Assembly: GCA_047495785.1 (NCBI GenBank)
Contig: JBLDXI010000024.1
Span: 3,410,001-3,474,000 of the forward strand
Direction of reading: 5' to 3'
Origin: Lepidodermella squamata
Lineage: Eukaryota; Animalia; Gastrotricha
Length of the DNA: 64,000 nucleotides
Below the pieces are notes generated by a model, which was given only the letters and a program-made list of their open reading frames with translations, ran no database searches and was not told where the DNA came from. The position numbers and the translations under genes are program-made. Position 1 is the stretch's first letter. Each line of letters starts with the position of its first letter. Of the stretch, positions 24,020 through 36,800 are shown in pieces.

Positions 24020-24246
24020 CTCTACAATATATCGTTAGCGATGCGCCAAAACAACCACTTTGATGACTCATTCGATCGTACTTTAAGGAGCCCAACGTAA
24101 TGATGAAGTACGTTCGGCTTTTTGAGCACTGATCATACTGATCGTAATTTGAATTTACGTTTAATGGTCGAACGTACTTTCCTTAAAAAATCTATAAATG
24201 GCACAGTGATTGTTTTGGCGCGTCGCTAACGATATATACGATAGAG
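24020..24246. mobile_element. MITE-like foldback element
   Basis: Terminal inverted repeats ATATATCGTTAGCGATGCGCCAAAACAACCACT and AGTGATTGTTTTGGCGCGTCGCTAACGATATAT, plus an inner inverted repeat AAGTACGTTCG/CGAACGTACTT. Confidence 0.7.
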
Positions 24247-25249
24247 TCATACGATTCGGTAACGACTGAATATACCCATTTTTAATTTTAAGCGCAATAG
24301 GTATATTTTTACCATACGAACCGGTTATTAATATGTGCCTCAGTAGTGAAGATTTCAGCGATTACAGCTTGATTTGGGACGAGTTTTGACAAGGACAACT
24401 ACAACATTAGCGTGAGCATGAGAATTGGCGTGGTCCTGTGTGCGATGTGCTGTGTACTACCCAGCCCCCGGCGTATATGCTCCTCGCTAAAAAAACCCGA
24501 AAAAACCTCAGGGGCCCTTTTGTACGGAAGTACCCAAAACTACCTCCCAGATGGAGGATCTTTTCCCGTACATCGGCATTGTCATGACGACTGCCACAAT
24601 TTCGATGCTAAGCATATGTACTAGTACTATTGTACTTTACGTGACGAGATTATTTTAAAAAGAGTGAAATGAAGAGAAAAGAGGGAATCCGATGATTGCT
24701 GCGTGCTAAAATATTAAGGCTCTGCAAAGGGTGAACAGGCGCTTGTCAGTGACAGTGCGCAGGAGACGCTATTGAGGAGGTACATTGCAGAATTTATCTG
24801 ACAAAGGAAATGGAACTTGAGACTTGAGAGACACGGAGAGTTATGGGGCGGTAGAATGGGTGATCGAATTCAGAATAAACACCGGTGACTTCCAGGGGAA
24901 AGACGAACACTTTCGACGTCCTCACGCAGAGGCAGAACATGTCGAACGGCATTGTCAGCATAGCGGCTTCGTGCGATGGCCAGGACACCACATGCAGCCG
25001 ATTCGATCACTGCATTGCCGAAAATACTAATCGGGCCTTATTCGCAACTTAGCACTATCTGCATCGATACATTTAACGAACGGAATTGCCCCGTTCTTCC
25101 CTCTGTTTCAGACTATTTTTCCAGTCTTTCGTTCGTCACTTTGCCACTATAGGAACTGGGGATCAAAAGAAACATAAGCACAAAAGCATTCGAGAAATTT
25201 CTCAGCGACATCTCGCTCAACATCGCAACATCACGGTTGCCTCTGGCAT

Positions 25250-25681
25250 TGAATGAATAATTCTTGTATGTAAATCATGTAAATGATGGTGTTTAGATCG
25301 AATGCTGACGTGCGCCTTTTCGGCGTCGGCAATGTTGGTGGGCAACGCTGATAGTCGTTAGGCAGCAGGCGACAAAACGTTTTTGCACCCCAATGTTCCT
25401 CACACCAAAACGTACCTACATACAGCGTTTCGAAAGAGCGCAATCCTAATCAAACCAGCTATTCAGATGCTTGCGCGAAAAGTGTGAAGGGTAAATACAT
25501 TTCAAGGTGCGAGTGCGAGATAACTTGATCTATCGATCGAGACATCCTGACGTCATTCATTTGTCCCTGCTTCAGAATATAGTCAACGCCGAGAAAATAC
25601 AGCTGAATCATGAATAAGCAGTCTCTAGCAGAGTAGAAGGAGAAAACTCTTTAATTAAAATACGCCAGCGTATCGCGATTG
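25250..25681 (+). promoter_or_regulatory. Conserved upstream block of cassette D
   Basis: Contains GTCGTTAGGCAGCA, TTTCGAAAG.GCGCAATC.TAAT, TGTGAAGGGTAAATA and TGATCTAT.GATCGAGA, shared with the block upstream of E and partly with that of B. Confidence 0.55.
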
Positions 25682-26133
25682 ATGATGCTATCGCCCTTGA
25701 TCGAAACGCCCGATAAGCGAAGAATGGATATATTCTTCTTCATATTAATTCTTCTGGCAAACTTCCTACGTGGTAGGGCTTTAGATTGTTAACATGCAAG
25801 CATTGTTTTGTAACAAATTTGAAATTCAAGTTTCGCAAGCTGGAATATTCTGTTCCAGTGGAAACGGAAACTGTGGTAATTGCTGCAGGAACGGCGGGAC
25901 CTGCATCAACGGCGAGTATTGCCGATGTGAGGCGCCTTATAATTCAATATATTGTGGAAAAAGTAAGTTAACAACACATTGGCCTCCAAAAAAGTTGATG
26001 AAATGTCCAGCTGACGGTGACCTCTGCTCGACTTCGATACTTGACCAATATCCACCATGCGAAAACGGTGGAACTTGTTCATACCAGAAGTGCACTTGCC
26101 CACCAGGGACAAGCGGCAGATATTGTGAAATAG
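25682..26133 (+). CDS. Variable N-terminal cassette D (signal peptide + 2 EGF)
   Basis: Exons 25682-25772, 25831-25962 and 26011-26133 are in frame and end RYCEI-G|gtatgt (phase 1). Confidence 0.82.
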
Positions 26134-26143
26134 GTATGTTATA

Positions 26144-27374
26144 GGGCGATTCACAAACTCGTGTTTTCCACATGAATGAGGCAAAAGATTTTTTGCAGGC
26201 TCACTTGAATCATGAACGATGAAGGAAACCCTTTCACAAATTATTTTTCATAATTCATGATTCAAATAACTGCTTGGCCAATTTTTTCTTTTTATATGCG
26301 GTCAAAAAAGGAATGCGGCCGCAAGGCACAGAACTCGCCACACTTGGCATGATAGTTCTAGATTTTGGACGTTTATGTCATTATGTCTTTTTTCACTGTT
26401 GACTTGGAAATTTTAATTCTCCTATGATTGAGGCTAAAAAACGATACAGAAATAGTGTTTCTGTATTCCTGTACAATACAGAAACACTTTTATTAAGATG
26501 GACTTTTTATTATCGCATTTTCCTATATAAATGGCGTACAAGATCACTTTTCCCCGCACTTTCTAGCTACGTTTCTCCGAGTTTTTAGCAGATACAGAGG
26601 AGAACTCATGACTGTATTCATCTTCGGTTCCTGCGGAACCTCGATTCATACAGTCATTCGTACAAGAAAAGTGTTTCTGTATTCTGACCCATCCAAGATT
26701 GCTTAAATGTCCTATTGAAAAATCTATTAAAAATTTGATTGTTTAAAAATATAGCATTTTTAAGCAACATTTATGGCCCCAATCTTCGACTAGAACACTA
26801 GAACTTCGACTATAGAACACACTAATTAAAATGAGTAATTAGTCGAAACTGATTTGTTTTTGCTAAAATATTTATCCTTGGGCTTTATACTAGCTATTTT
26901 CGGCTATGATAATATCGGCTATTGCTTTGAATTTCAAATTCAATGTAATGACTAGCCTTCAAATAAGCGGTCACAGTGCGCAATATAATCGGGAAAGTTC
27001 GAAAATTAAATTTGCATGGGACTTTTTCAAATTCTGCAAGTCAAAACAAAAATGGATGATAATGACAGGAACGCCATCAACCACCGAAGCTCGCTAGTTG
27101 CATAGTGGCTTAGCTCTGAACATGCGAAACCAACATCATGGGTTCTGTGCTCAGTGGCGGCTTCGTTCTTTTCGGTCAAAGCAAGTCGCACACAAAAAAA
27201 TCGTTATTTGAAATCATGAATCATGAATTATGACAAATAATTTGTGAAAGGGTTTCGTTCATCGTTCATGATTCAAATGGCTTCTCGGCCGTTTTTGCAA
27301 GAGATGAATTTAGCGCATAAAAAAGGACGATGAATCATGAATGTGTATTTTACACACGAGTTTGTGAACCCCAC
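26144..27374. mobile_element. Non-autonomous DNA transposon / large MITE with long imperfect TIRs
   Basis: The left end (TTCACAAACTCGTGT...TTGAATCATGAACGATGAA.GAAACCCTTTCACAAATTATTT.TCATAATTCATGATTCA) is the reverse complement of 27200-27372. The element is flanked by TA/TTA and has no transposase ORF. Confidence 0.75.
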
Positions 27375-27959
27375 TTATCGATGCTAGGGTAAGGCTACCC
27401 AAATATGCATAAACAAGTATGGCTTTTTCAAACGCTTGCTATTCCTTAACCATGAGGTTCCCACCAATTTCAGCAACTCACTTAATTAGCAAATATTCGG
27501 ACACCGATTTAAGAGGGTAGGAAGCTTAGTGGTGTGTGGGATGTGAGAGCGATGCTTCAAATCCGCAGATTTCCGCTCCTATCCGCGAACGAACGAAGAC
27601 ACCCCACGAGTCGTTCGTTCGCTCCGTCCGTCTGTACGTTCAGACAGGAGGATATGAGCGTACGCTTATAAAACAGGAAACCGTCACTATCAAAGGCCGT
27701 CAGGCCGACACAGCTTAATGTTACATTTCTTTTTCGAAATAATGTTTGATTAAATTTAGGCATTTCCAATCAAAGGGTGACAAATTGCAGCAATTGCAGG
27801 GGAACAAAGGGGTGAAATTTATTAGTTCACCGTTGTTCAAAACCAACATATGTTCGGCGTTGTTTACCACGCCGGTCTGGGTCGCCCTCAGACAGATGAG
27901 CTTACAGGTATCGAGGAAAAAATTTGCGCGTATCTGAAGATCTTTTAGTGGATATTGCG

Positions 27960-28960
27960 CTAGTTATTATAACTTTTGGCTCAGCACCCATCCAGCAGCT
28001 GCCCAGCACAAAGCTGGATGATGCTGGATTGTCTTAAAGCCATGAAATTACGGGATGAGCAAATAGCATTGAATTTTGCTGGACAGTGCTGGAAGCCAGC
28101 ACTTGAACCTACTTCATCCGGCCTCTGATTTAGCACCCTCTGACCCGATCCTGCCATAGTGCTGGATCGAAAGTTACATCTCACGTCAGAACGAGGGACA
28201 TTCTGAGCGGTTTCCAAATGAAACGCGTTAGACCGTGCCAGGGCCAGAGAGGCGAGCTTCAGGCCGAGGCTCCACTAGATTGGCGTAGGTACTGCTAAGG
28301 TTCCTTCTGCAAGTGGCAAGCCGATATTGATGTCGGCGCTAAACGAGACGATTGGATTTTCGACCATTTTATAAGGCCTTCAGCCGCTTCGGGTTGACTG
28401 TAATTTCGTTCAGCAAATTTCTGACATCAGTGGGCCAAGCGTTGGCCATAGTGGGCCATAGGGCTGGCTATGCAGGTCGCCCAGCCGAGGGTCGATGTAG
28501 GGGGCGAGCAGAAGCCTTCCATCTTTTTTTGACCGGCATACCCGACTTTCAAGCCAGTTGCCAGATCAAGGAGCAAGCAAGGAGCAGATCCAACGTGCTG
28601 TAACGTAACGCACCGAGATCTTGCCATCCATTAGCCTTTCAACTCGCTATCGGTGTCTTCAACATCTCTTGCTTAGATAAATTCAGAAAAGTCATTTCGA
28701 ACTGGCCGAACCTCGGCTTCGAGTAGCAGACCAGCTTTGTTGATATTTGTTGTTGTTACGGTCGTCGCTTTGAACAGAACCGGCGCAGGTAGTTCAGCCG
28801 GATGATGTGACGAAAGCAGAGCTGTCATAGATTCGCTCCGCAATATTTTCGGCGGTATGTTAAACTGAAAGGGCACACAGTAGCTCAGTAGATAGCTGCC
28901 TGCTGTGCATTGAGCGTCAAGATCGGGCATGAGTTAGATCCCCACCCGGCCATGCACCTG
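27960..28960 (-). mobile_element. Decayed coding remnant, second copy
   Basis: Homologous to 22800-23960, locally higher GC, interrupted reading frames. Confidence 0.35.
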
Positions 28961-29759
28961 GGTCGATCGTGATTCCTCAAGATACTCCATCGAGTTTTAC
29001 TAAAGTGAAAAGTGGGCAGCGAGAATATCTTGGAAACGAAACCGTTTCAAAACAAACGGTTTTCGGGGTTTTATCCCTCAGTGGGGCCTTGATTTAGAAG
29101 AAAATCTGAAACCTGGCGGTCATCGGGGAACTGTGGCCTCGAGCGTTAGGCAGTGAATGAATTCTAGATCAAACTACATAGTGTACGAAGTGTGGTGTGT
29201 TGTACGGTCTCAAACAACGGCGATATCTTGCTAATGCGTAATTCGTGTTCCGCCGTTATTCCTGCAACCGCAACAGCCTTCCCGTCTGTGTAGCCAGATT
29301 GTGAAACTTAAATTTAAAATATTTTACAAGACGATGTGACTATAGTGTAGCAGTCTAAAGCCGTATAAACTGTGCGGAAATTCGCCAGAATCATCGGGCG
29401 TGATTTTACCAGGATTTTTCAGAATCAATGACTAATACATTTAACTGGAGAGGAATTTTAAGTAAGTATAAGTACTTTTAAATGCAAAATAAATTAATTG
29501 CTAATCACCCAACGGTTGCGGCATGCGGCGGGGTCGCGCAATTCTTTCCTTATACTGAAATATCATTGGGTTTATTGTTTTTTCTAACGATTCTAACGGT
29601 TTTTTCTAAATTCTGCCAAATTTTCCTGATGCGCAGCAACTGCGCTGTTTCTGCATGTTTTCCAGCCCTGGGAGTATGGGAACAATAGCCTTGTAAAAAC
29701 TTTCTCCGCTGCTTTGTTCCGATCAACATCGCAAAAAAGCCTCGTTCCCTTGTTCCTAA

Positions 29760-30184
29760 TCATGAATAAATAATTCTTTGACTTGCAAGTAACTCTGTTT
29801 ACGTCAAATGTTTCGTGTGCGCTTTGTCAGCGTCACCAAGGTCGGCGGACAACACCGATAGTCGTTAAGCAGCAAGCGGCGGGAGGTTTATTCGCACCCG
29901 GATGTTCCGAACAGCAAATAACAGCTGTTTCGAAAGCGCGCAATCATAATAAGACTTATTTTTATTGCACTGACTTTGGTGAAATGTGTGAAGGGTAAAT
30001 AAACTTGGAGGTGACAGCTTTTGATCTATTGATCGAGATATCTCACCTTTAGCAAACTTCATCATTACTTCGTCAAAACTATGTTCGAATTGGGCAGATT
30101 CACGACGCATGACGGTCACATTAAGTGTTTAGTTAGAGTTAGAGTGACATAAGAGAAAAAACTCTGCAGGTAAAATCACGGTCG
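29760..30184 (+). promoter_or_regulatory. Conserved upstream block of cassette E
   Basis: Aligns with 4285-4670 and 25250-25681. Confidence 0.55.
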
Positions 30185-30620
30185 ATGCCTTCGATCAAAT
30201 CGACTAATTGGCTAAGAATGGATATATGTTTTATACTCATTCTTCTGGCGAGCTTCCGCCTAGTTGGTACGGCTTTAGATTGCTAACTTGAATCATTAAA
30301 AGACAATTCGAAATACAAGTTTCACAAAATGGCTGCACCGGAAACGGAAACTGTAATTCTTGCTGTAAGAACGGTGGAACCTGCATTAACAACGATTATT
30401 GCCGTTGTGTCATACCGTACAATACACCACACTGTGGCGATGGTAAGTTGCTACCCAGCGGCTTGACAGGCGCAAAGGTTTAAACAATTTTTGCCAGACA
30501 ATGGTAACCTTTGCGCTACAACGGCGAATAGCGACTATCCGCCTTGCGAAAACGGGGGGACGTGTTCAAACAAGCAATGCTTCTGTCCTATCGGGGTAAC
30601 TGGGAGATACTGTGAAATAG
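30185..30620 (+). CDS. Variable N-terminal cassette E (signal peptide + 2 EGF); proximal 5' end of copy 2
   Basis: Exons 30185-30266, 30320-30442 and 30498-30620 give MPSIKSTNWLRMDICFILILLASFRLVVSQNGC...RYCEI-G. A 214-nt intron leads to microexon 30835-30858. Confidence 0.88.
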
Positions 30621-30834
30621 GTCTGTTTTCAAAATCTTAAATACAATCTTAACACATATTCGAATCGTGAACTGATGTTGTGGGACCACACATCACCCGT
30701 TAGAAGGTTGACCATGGGTTAATAAAATATAACATTATTATTAATATCCACATCTTTTCAAAAACACTTCAATTGTACACTATTACTTTCGTATCTTTTA
30801 ATAACATTCGTTTTTCCATTTAAATTCCCTACAG

Positions 30835-33800
30835 GTACACCGATAACAACACCTGCACGTATGCTTGAATATAAAATAATTTTCGAGCATTTATGAGCTT
30901 TCTTGCAGCGACCTGCACCTTAAATTGCAAAAATGGAGGTACCTGTATAGCGACAGATACTTGCAGATGCACATCGGGATGGACCGGCACAGACTGCAGC
31001 GCTGGTAAGTCTTATCGTAGTGGAAAAAGTTTCGAGCTATTAGTGAAAATTGACAGCTATTTGCTCTTCATCTTGTCAAAATGGCGGAACTTGTTCGGCC
31101 CCGAACACTTGCACATGTGCAAGTGGGTATAATGGCACTCTATGTGGCACACGTAAGCTTCAATTTCATGCGATATTATCATGCGAGTTAATATGTTTTC
31201 TTTGCGGTTCTATATTTATAGCGGTTTGCTCTCCAAGCTGTCAGAACGGTGGAACTTGTTCCTCGCCCAACAATTGCGTTTGCGCCTCTGGGTACAATGG
31301 AACTTCCTGTCAATTGGGTAAACAATTCTACATTTCACAAAAATAGATAATTCATTAAAATAATTTCCCTCAGCTATTTGCTCGCAAGCATGTTTGAATG
31401 GTGGGAGTTGTACTAGGCCAAACGTCTGCACCTGCACTCCAAGTTGGAATGGAACAACGTGTTCAATCCGTAAATCAGCCAGTTCAGTAATTCAACTCTT
31501 GATGTTATCTATATCTCAGCCGTCTGCAATCCATCGTGTCAAAATGGGGGCACCTGTTCGAACCCGAACAGCTGCACTTGCCCGGCTGGTTATACTGGCA
31601 ACAGCTGCCAAAATGGTAGGAGTTTGCTGGCTTAGAACTTAAGTCATCATCAACTAGTTCCTTGAAGCAATTTGCAATCCATCTTGTCAAAATCTTGGCA
31701 CATGCTCCCGTCCCAATGTCTGCACATGCACTTCGCTTTGGAATGACTCGACGTGTTCAACACGTAAGGCTTTGAATCGTTTGGCAACAAGCTAATTAAG
31801 CAAATATTTCACGACTACAGCTGTCTGTAACCCCAGCTGCAATAATGGGGGAAATTGCACAAATGTATCTCCAACTTCCAATAAATGTCGATGTGCAGCA
31901 GGTTGGACTGGGCCCACTTGTTCAACCCGTAGGCTATTGATTAAGGTTAGTAAAGTTAGAAAATCTAGTTTTTTTCCTTTCAAGCAATATGCTCCACTGG
32001 TTGCGCTCACGGTGGCACATGTATCGCGCCAGACCTGTGTAAGTGCAACTATGGATGGAAAGGAGCAAATTGTTCGTTGCCAGCCTGCCCAACTTTAAAT
32101 GAATGCAACGGTCACGGGACATGCATTGCTCTCAACAACTGTACTTGTGACTTCTTATGGAAAGGAGACAGCTGTGACCAATGTTATTTTGACAGATTTT
32201 ATTGCAGTATGGACTGAAAAAATTACGGTCTTTTTCCCAGGGTACTGCCAAGACGGGTGGTGTTACAACGGAGGAAACTGCAGTGGACCTAAGTAACGTT
32301 TATTTTAGTTATGCAGTGTTGCAACTGTTTCAAATTTTACAGCCAGTGCCGCTGCCCACCGATTTGGCGTGGACCCCATTGCGAGCAACGTAAGATAATA
32401 CCATAATAGCAATTCGGAAAATTCTGCTGCATTTCCCATAGCTGTGTGCACTCCTGAATGTTCCAACGGTATCCATTTCATAGCCTCGTGTGATTTTTAT
32501 TAAGAAATATTTAATTAAGGCGGCTGGTGCTTGTGGGCTGGCGGTTTCAAGTAATGCCCTTCAATATTGTGAGAACTTCCATTTTTATCCATCTTTTCTA
32601 GGTGCCATTGTCCTTCAGGATGGACTGGGAACGACTGTACAATCCGTTTGTAACGATTTACGTATGTTTCGGTGGTTAATTTGGGCTCCTTATTTAGCGG
32701 ACCCTGCTTCTTATGCCGGACATCTAACTTTCACGAGTCAGAACGCTAAAACATGGGCTACGGAAGATGTTTACAAAAAATTTGTCCTTGACCCAAGCGC
32801 CTATCCTCAAGGATTTACATCGGCACGTAAGTCAAGTTTCCAGTTTGTTTCCCCTTTTGCCTATTCAATTTTCTCTGGCCTCTTTTGCAGCAACTAGTGT
32901 CGACAATTGCTGCCCCTGTGGATCCTTTTTTCAGGATAACAATTGCTATTTTGTTGTAAATCCTCACACGTCGTGGAATCTGGGAGAATACATGACACAG
33001 CCGCATTACGCAATGGCAACTTGTACCCATGCCGGAGCAACTTTAGCGACATTCGAAACTGGCGATTCACAGGCGAAAATGGCGAATCTAGTCAAATGGT
33101 TAGCAACGGAGCTGAATATTCAATTGGACAAAAAGCCAGTTGATCAGAGTTTGAACGAGTGGAACGATATCTGCTTAATTATTGGAGGATACCGAGATCA
33201 TACTCACAACACATGGTACTGGCAGACTTATCCACCAGTTGAAATCGACGCGAGTTTGTGGTATCGAGGCGAACCGCGTTACGATATTGAATTCTTATGC
33301 ATGATACCGGTAAGGAGGAAATGTCACATTCGAAGTGGAATTTTTGACCATTTCCTATACTAGCACAAGAAAAGACCTCTCTTGAGGACTTTCTATTACT
33401 GGTGGGGTGCTCAGCCGGCTGTCTGCATGATCCGCAATCCGTGTTCAAGCATGCCAGTTTGCAAGCCAGGCGTTGCGAAGAATAAAATCGAGAACATGCG
33501 AATCATGGATCGCTGCTACTCAACTGGAGTATCCACAGGCGGAGATTGGGGTAACGATTACGTAGACCGGCTGAAGGCTGAACAAATCTGTCAGGCAAAG
33601 AATGGATTCTTAGCGACAATCAGACAGCAATTTGAGCCGTACTATTGGTCATGGGCTTTGGACGCCTGGTACAATTCAGAGGACAACACAGTAAACAGCT
33701 TGTGGCGTATTTGGACGTACCAGGGTTGGATTGGCTACAATCATTTGGGCTGTGAGTCTTTCTGTTCTCAGAGTTCTCCCATATAAACGTTGTGCTTTTA

Positions 33801-36800
33801 TTAGCGGACTATTATTGGGATTCTATTAATAAAAACTTGGCAAGCCCCTATCATGTCAACTGGAAACTCGGCAGTGGCCAGGAGCCAAATGACCAGTCGG
33901 CTAGTTACTGCTCGATGATGAAAGCTGATGGGTGGTACGACGAGCTATGTTCAAACAACGCAATAGTAATAATTGCTCACATCGATGACATCTTTCTTTA
34001 ACGCAATATCTCTGTCATGCAGAGCATCGCTTGTGAAGGTGGAGTGGGCGTGGTGACATTACCATCCACTGATAGCGCTTGCGTTCCCCAGTGTCCAATC
34101 ACACGTGAGTTTGCCCTTTATTCGATCCAAGTGATATAGTCCAAGAATTTATTCGAGCAGCGACCTGTCCACAAGGCTACTTCTACTCTTCATGCTACGA
34201 CTCTTGCTACAAAATCGTCAAGTTAGTGAAAGTCTTCATGTTTTACTCACAGGCTCATCACTCCAATTTCTTAGTGACTCCAAAAGCTACCTGGACGCCG
34301 CGGGAGAATGCGTAAGAAACATGAAAGTTTTACTGATGCATACATTTTTCATTTCAATTACAGGCTCTTCAAGGCGCCACTCTTCTAAATACTAATACAA
34401 GTGGTGAATTCTATTACATTACCGGATTGTTGCGCAAAGATAAAGATTGGTTCCTTGGCCTTGGCGATTGGGCTCGTCGTTCTCGAGGCGATCTTTCAAT
34501 TGGCATTAAGTCATACACTGGTGATGCGGATGGGACATGGAGATGGCAAGATGATAGCATCACGGATACGATATCTTATGATACCTTATCTGGTGCCTTT
34601 TCAAAAGCACCATCTCCATATGACTTCTTGATCTGGGAAAAGCAGCCAACGCCAGCTTCAGACGGCATCAGTGCGCCGTATATTAGTTTTTTGAGGTATG
34701 ACCCGAGCGGAAAGAGATGGTACATTCCTGTGAGCAATGCTAACAACTTCAACTACCAAGCCGCTTATGTCTGCGAATACAATGCGGCCTGCTATGTGTG
34801 CCCTCCCGGGTGGTTCAAATTTGGGGTTCATTGCTTCGAGTCAGTGCACAACGATGGTGATGGGGCTTATGCTGATAAGGAAGTTGCCTGCAAGAATCAA
34901 GACTCAAGGGCATGGATTTGGTATCCTAGAAGCCAGATGACGACAATGTTTGTTAGGCTTCTAATTGGTCAGATGAACTCGTTCGGAGTGGGTACAAATG
35001 TGTGGATCGGTCTGGAGAAAAACTCTGACGGAAACTGGGTTTGGTCAGACGGAGTTGCCGCTTCCTCATCCCATTCATTTGACATAACATCCACGGCACT
35101 TACCGCCGCTAATGACGCGTTTTTTGTTACTGGCGTCAACAAATTGAGCAGCATAACTACTGTGACTGGCCAGCCCGAGTCGATGTGGAAACCAGCGGTA
35201 AGCACTTCAGCCTACCGAGCTGTTTGCCAGATGCCAGCTATTTACGGCTGGCAGCCAACTTGTCAATCTGCCTGCCCGGCGAAACGTAACTAGATTTACC
35301 ATCATAAATATGTCAACTTACTACCATGCGCTCTATGTTTAGCGACTTGTCCAAGTGGCTACACTTATTCGGCGTGTTTTGACTCATGCTACAAAGTGTC
35401 TACGTAAGTTCTTCGGACAGCGGGTGCTTAGAGATTTCTTCAACTATTCAGATTACAGGAATGCAGTTCAGTACTTTGATGCTTTAGAAGATTGCGTGAG
35501 TATATCATAAGACGCTAAATGGGCAAGAACTATAGCCAGTTTATTAATTTCCGTAGCTTGCCTCGGGTGCGTCATTGGTGAACTTCAATTCGTTGGATGA
35601 ATATCAGTTCATTATCGGTGGCGGGGTTAGTGGACTAGATACCAGCCAATCTTATTTTATTGGCCTGCAAGACTGGGTTCGACGGGGTCGCCGAATCCTT
35701 TACCCTGCGCCTAAGGCATTTTCCACTTATAACGGCGATCCGGATGGGAAGTGGTACTGGTCAGATGGCACTGGTCCGATTGTTAACACAGACATTGCCG
35801 ATGCTCCTTATTCAGCTTCTCCTAGCCCATGGAGTTACTTGATTTGGCAAAAACGGCCGATTTCCTACTACGATGGTTCTAATAATTTCGTGGCATACCT
35901 GTCCTATAACAAATCGCGATCGCAATGGTACTTACCCGTCGATAACAACCGCTTCAGTACTTCGGCTCGTTACATCTGCGAGGTCAACAACGCTTGCTGG
36001 ATGTGCCCGAGTTGGTGGTATAAGTGGGGCAAGATGTGCTATTTGAATACTAATTGGGGTACTACAAAGATAGACAATGCTAGAAAATGGTGTTTTGGTG
36101 AGAACACCGGTGGTGTCGCAATGATAGCCCCGAAAACTGAGCCTGCATTGATGTGGCTGCGTGTTGCCGGTAATCACAACAATATTTTCGGTTTCGGGGA
36201 CACTTTCGTCGGCCTGTACCTGGCCCCGGGCGCCACCAGTTGGATTTGGGGCGATAACTCGTCCTTGGCAGCCACTGATGCGTTCGAAAGCGCGCCTGCT
36301 GATACGCTTGAAGGCGGTGAAACTAACCTCGTATTTAAGCCAGCCGCAGATACTAATTTAAATAACGCGCTTGACCAGCTTGATACTCAGTGGAAGACTC
36401 GAGATGACAGCCAGATGGGATACGTTCTATGCCAACGAGCCGCTGTTTACGCCAACGGAGCAACGCCTGCACCACCAGCACCGACTGCGGCGCCTGGATC
36501 GCCAACTACCACGCCAGTACCAGAATGTGTTAACGTAAGAATTCCAACCATAATTTGGAAATTTCCTGCAATCTTGATCGCAGGATGGTTGTTGCAGATG
36601 CCCCCTCGTTAGATACTCTGACCCTTCGACTCAAACAGATAACTGCTACTTATTTTCGAATTACACGTGAGTGACTATTGCAATGAATCGAAATAGGAAA
36701 TCGAAATCGAAATAGGGCAACTTGGGCAGATGCAAGTTGGGCATGCACTCAAATGGGAGGCTACCTGGCCGTGCCCGACACCATGTCAGAAATGCAATTC

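Noticed and set aside
27090-27160. tRNA gene
   Set aside because: The B box is degenerate and there is no complete cloverleaf, so it is kept only as a tRNA-like fragment inside a repeat.
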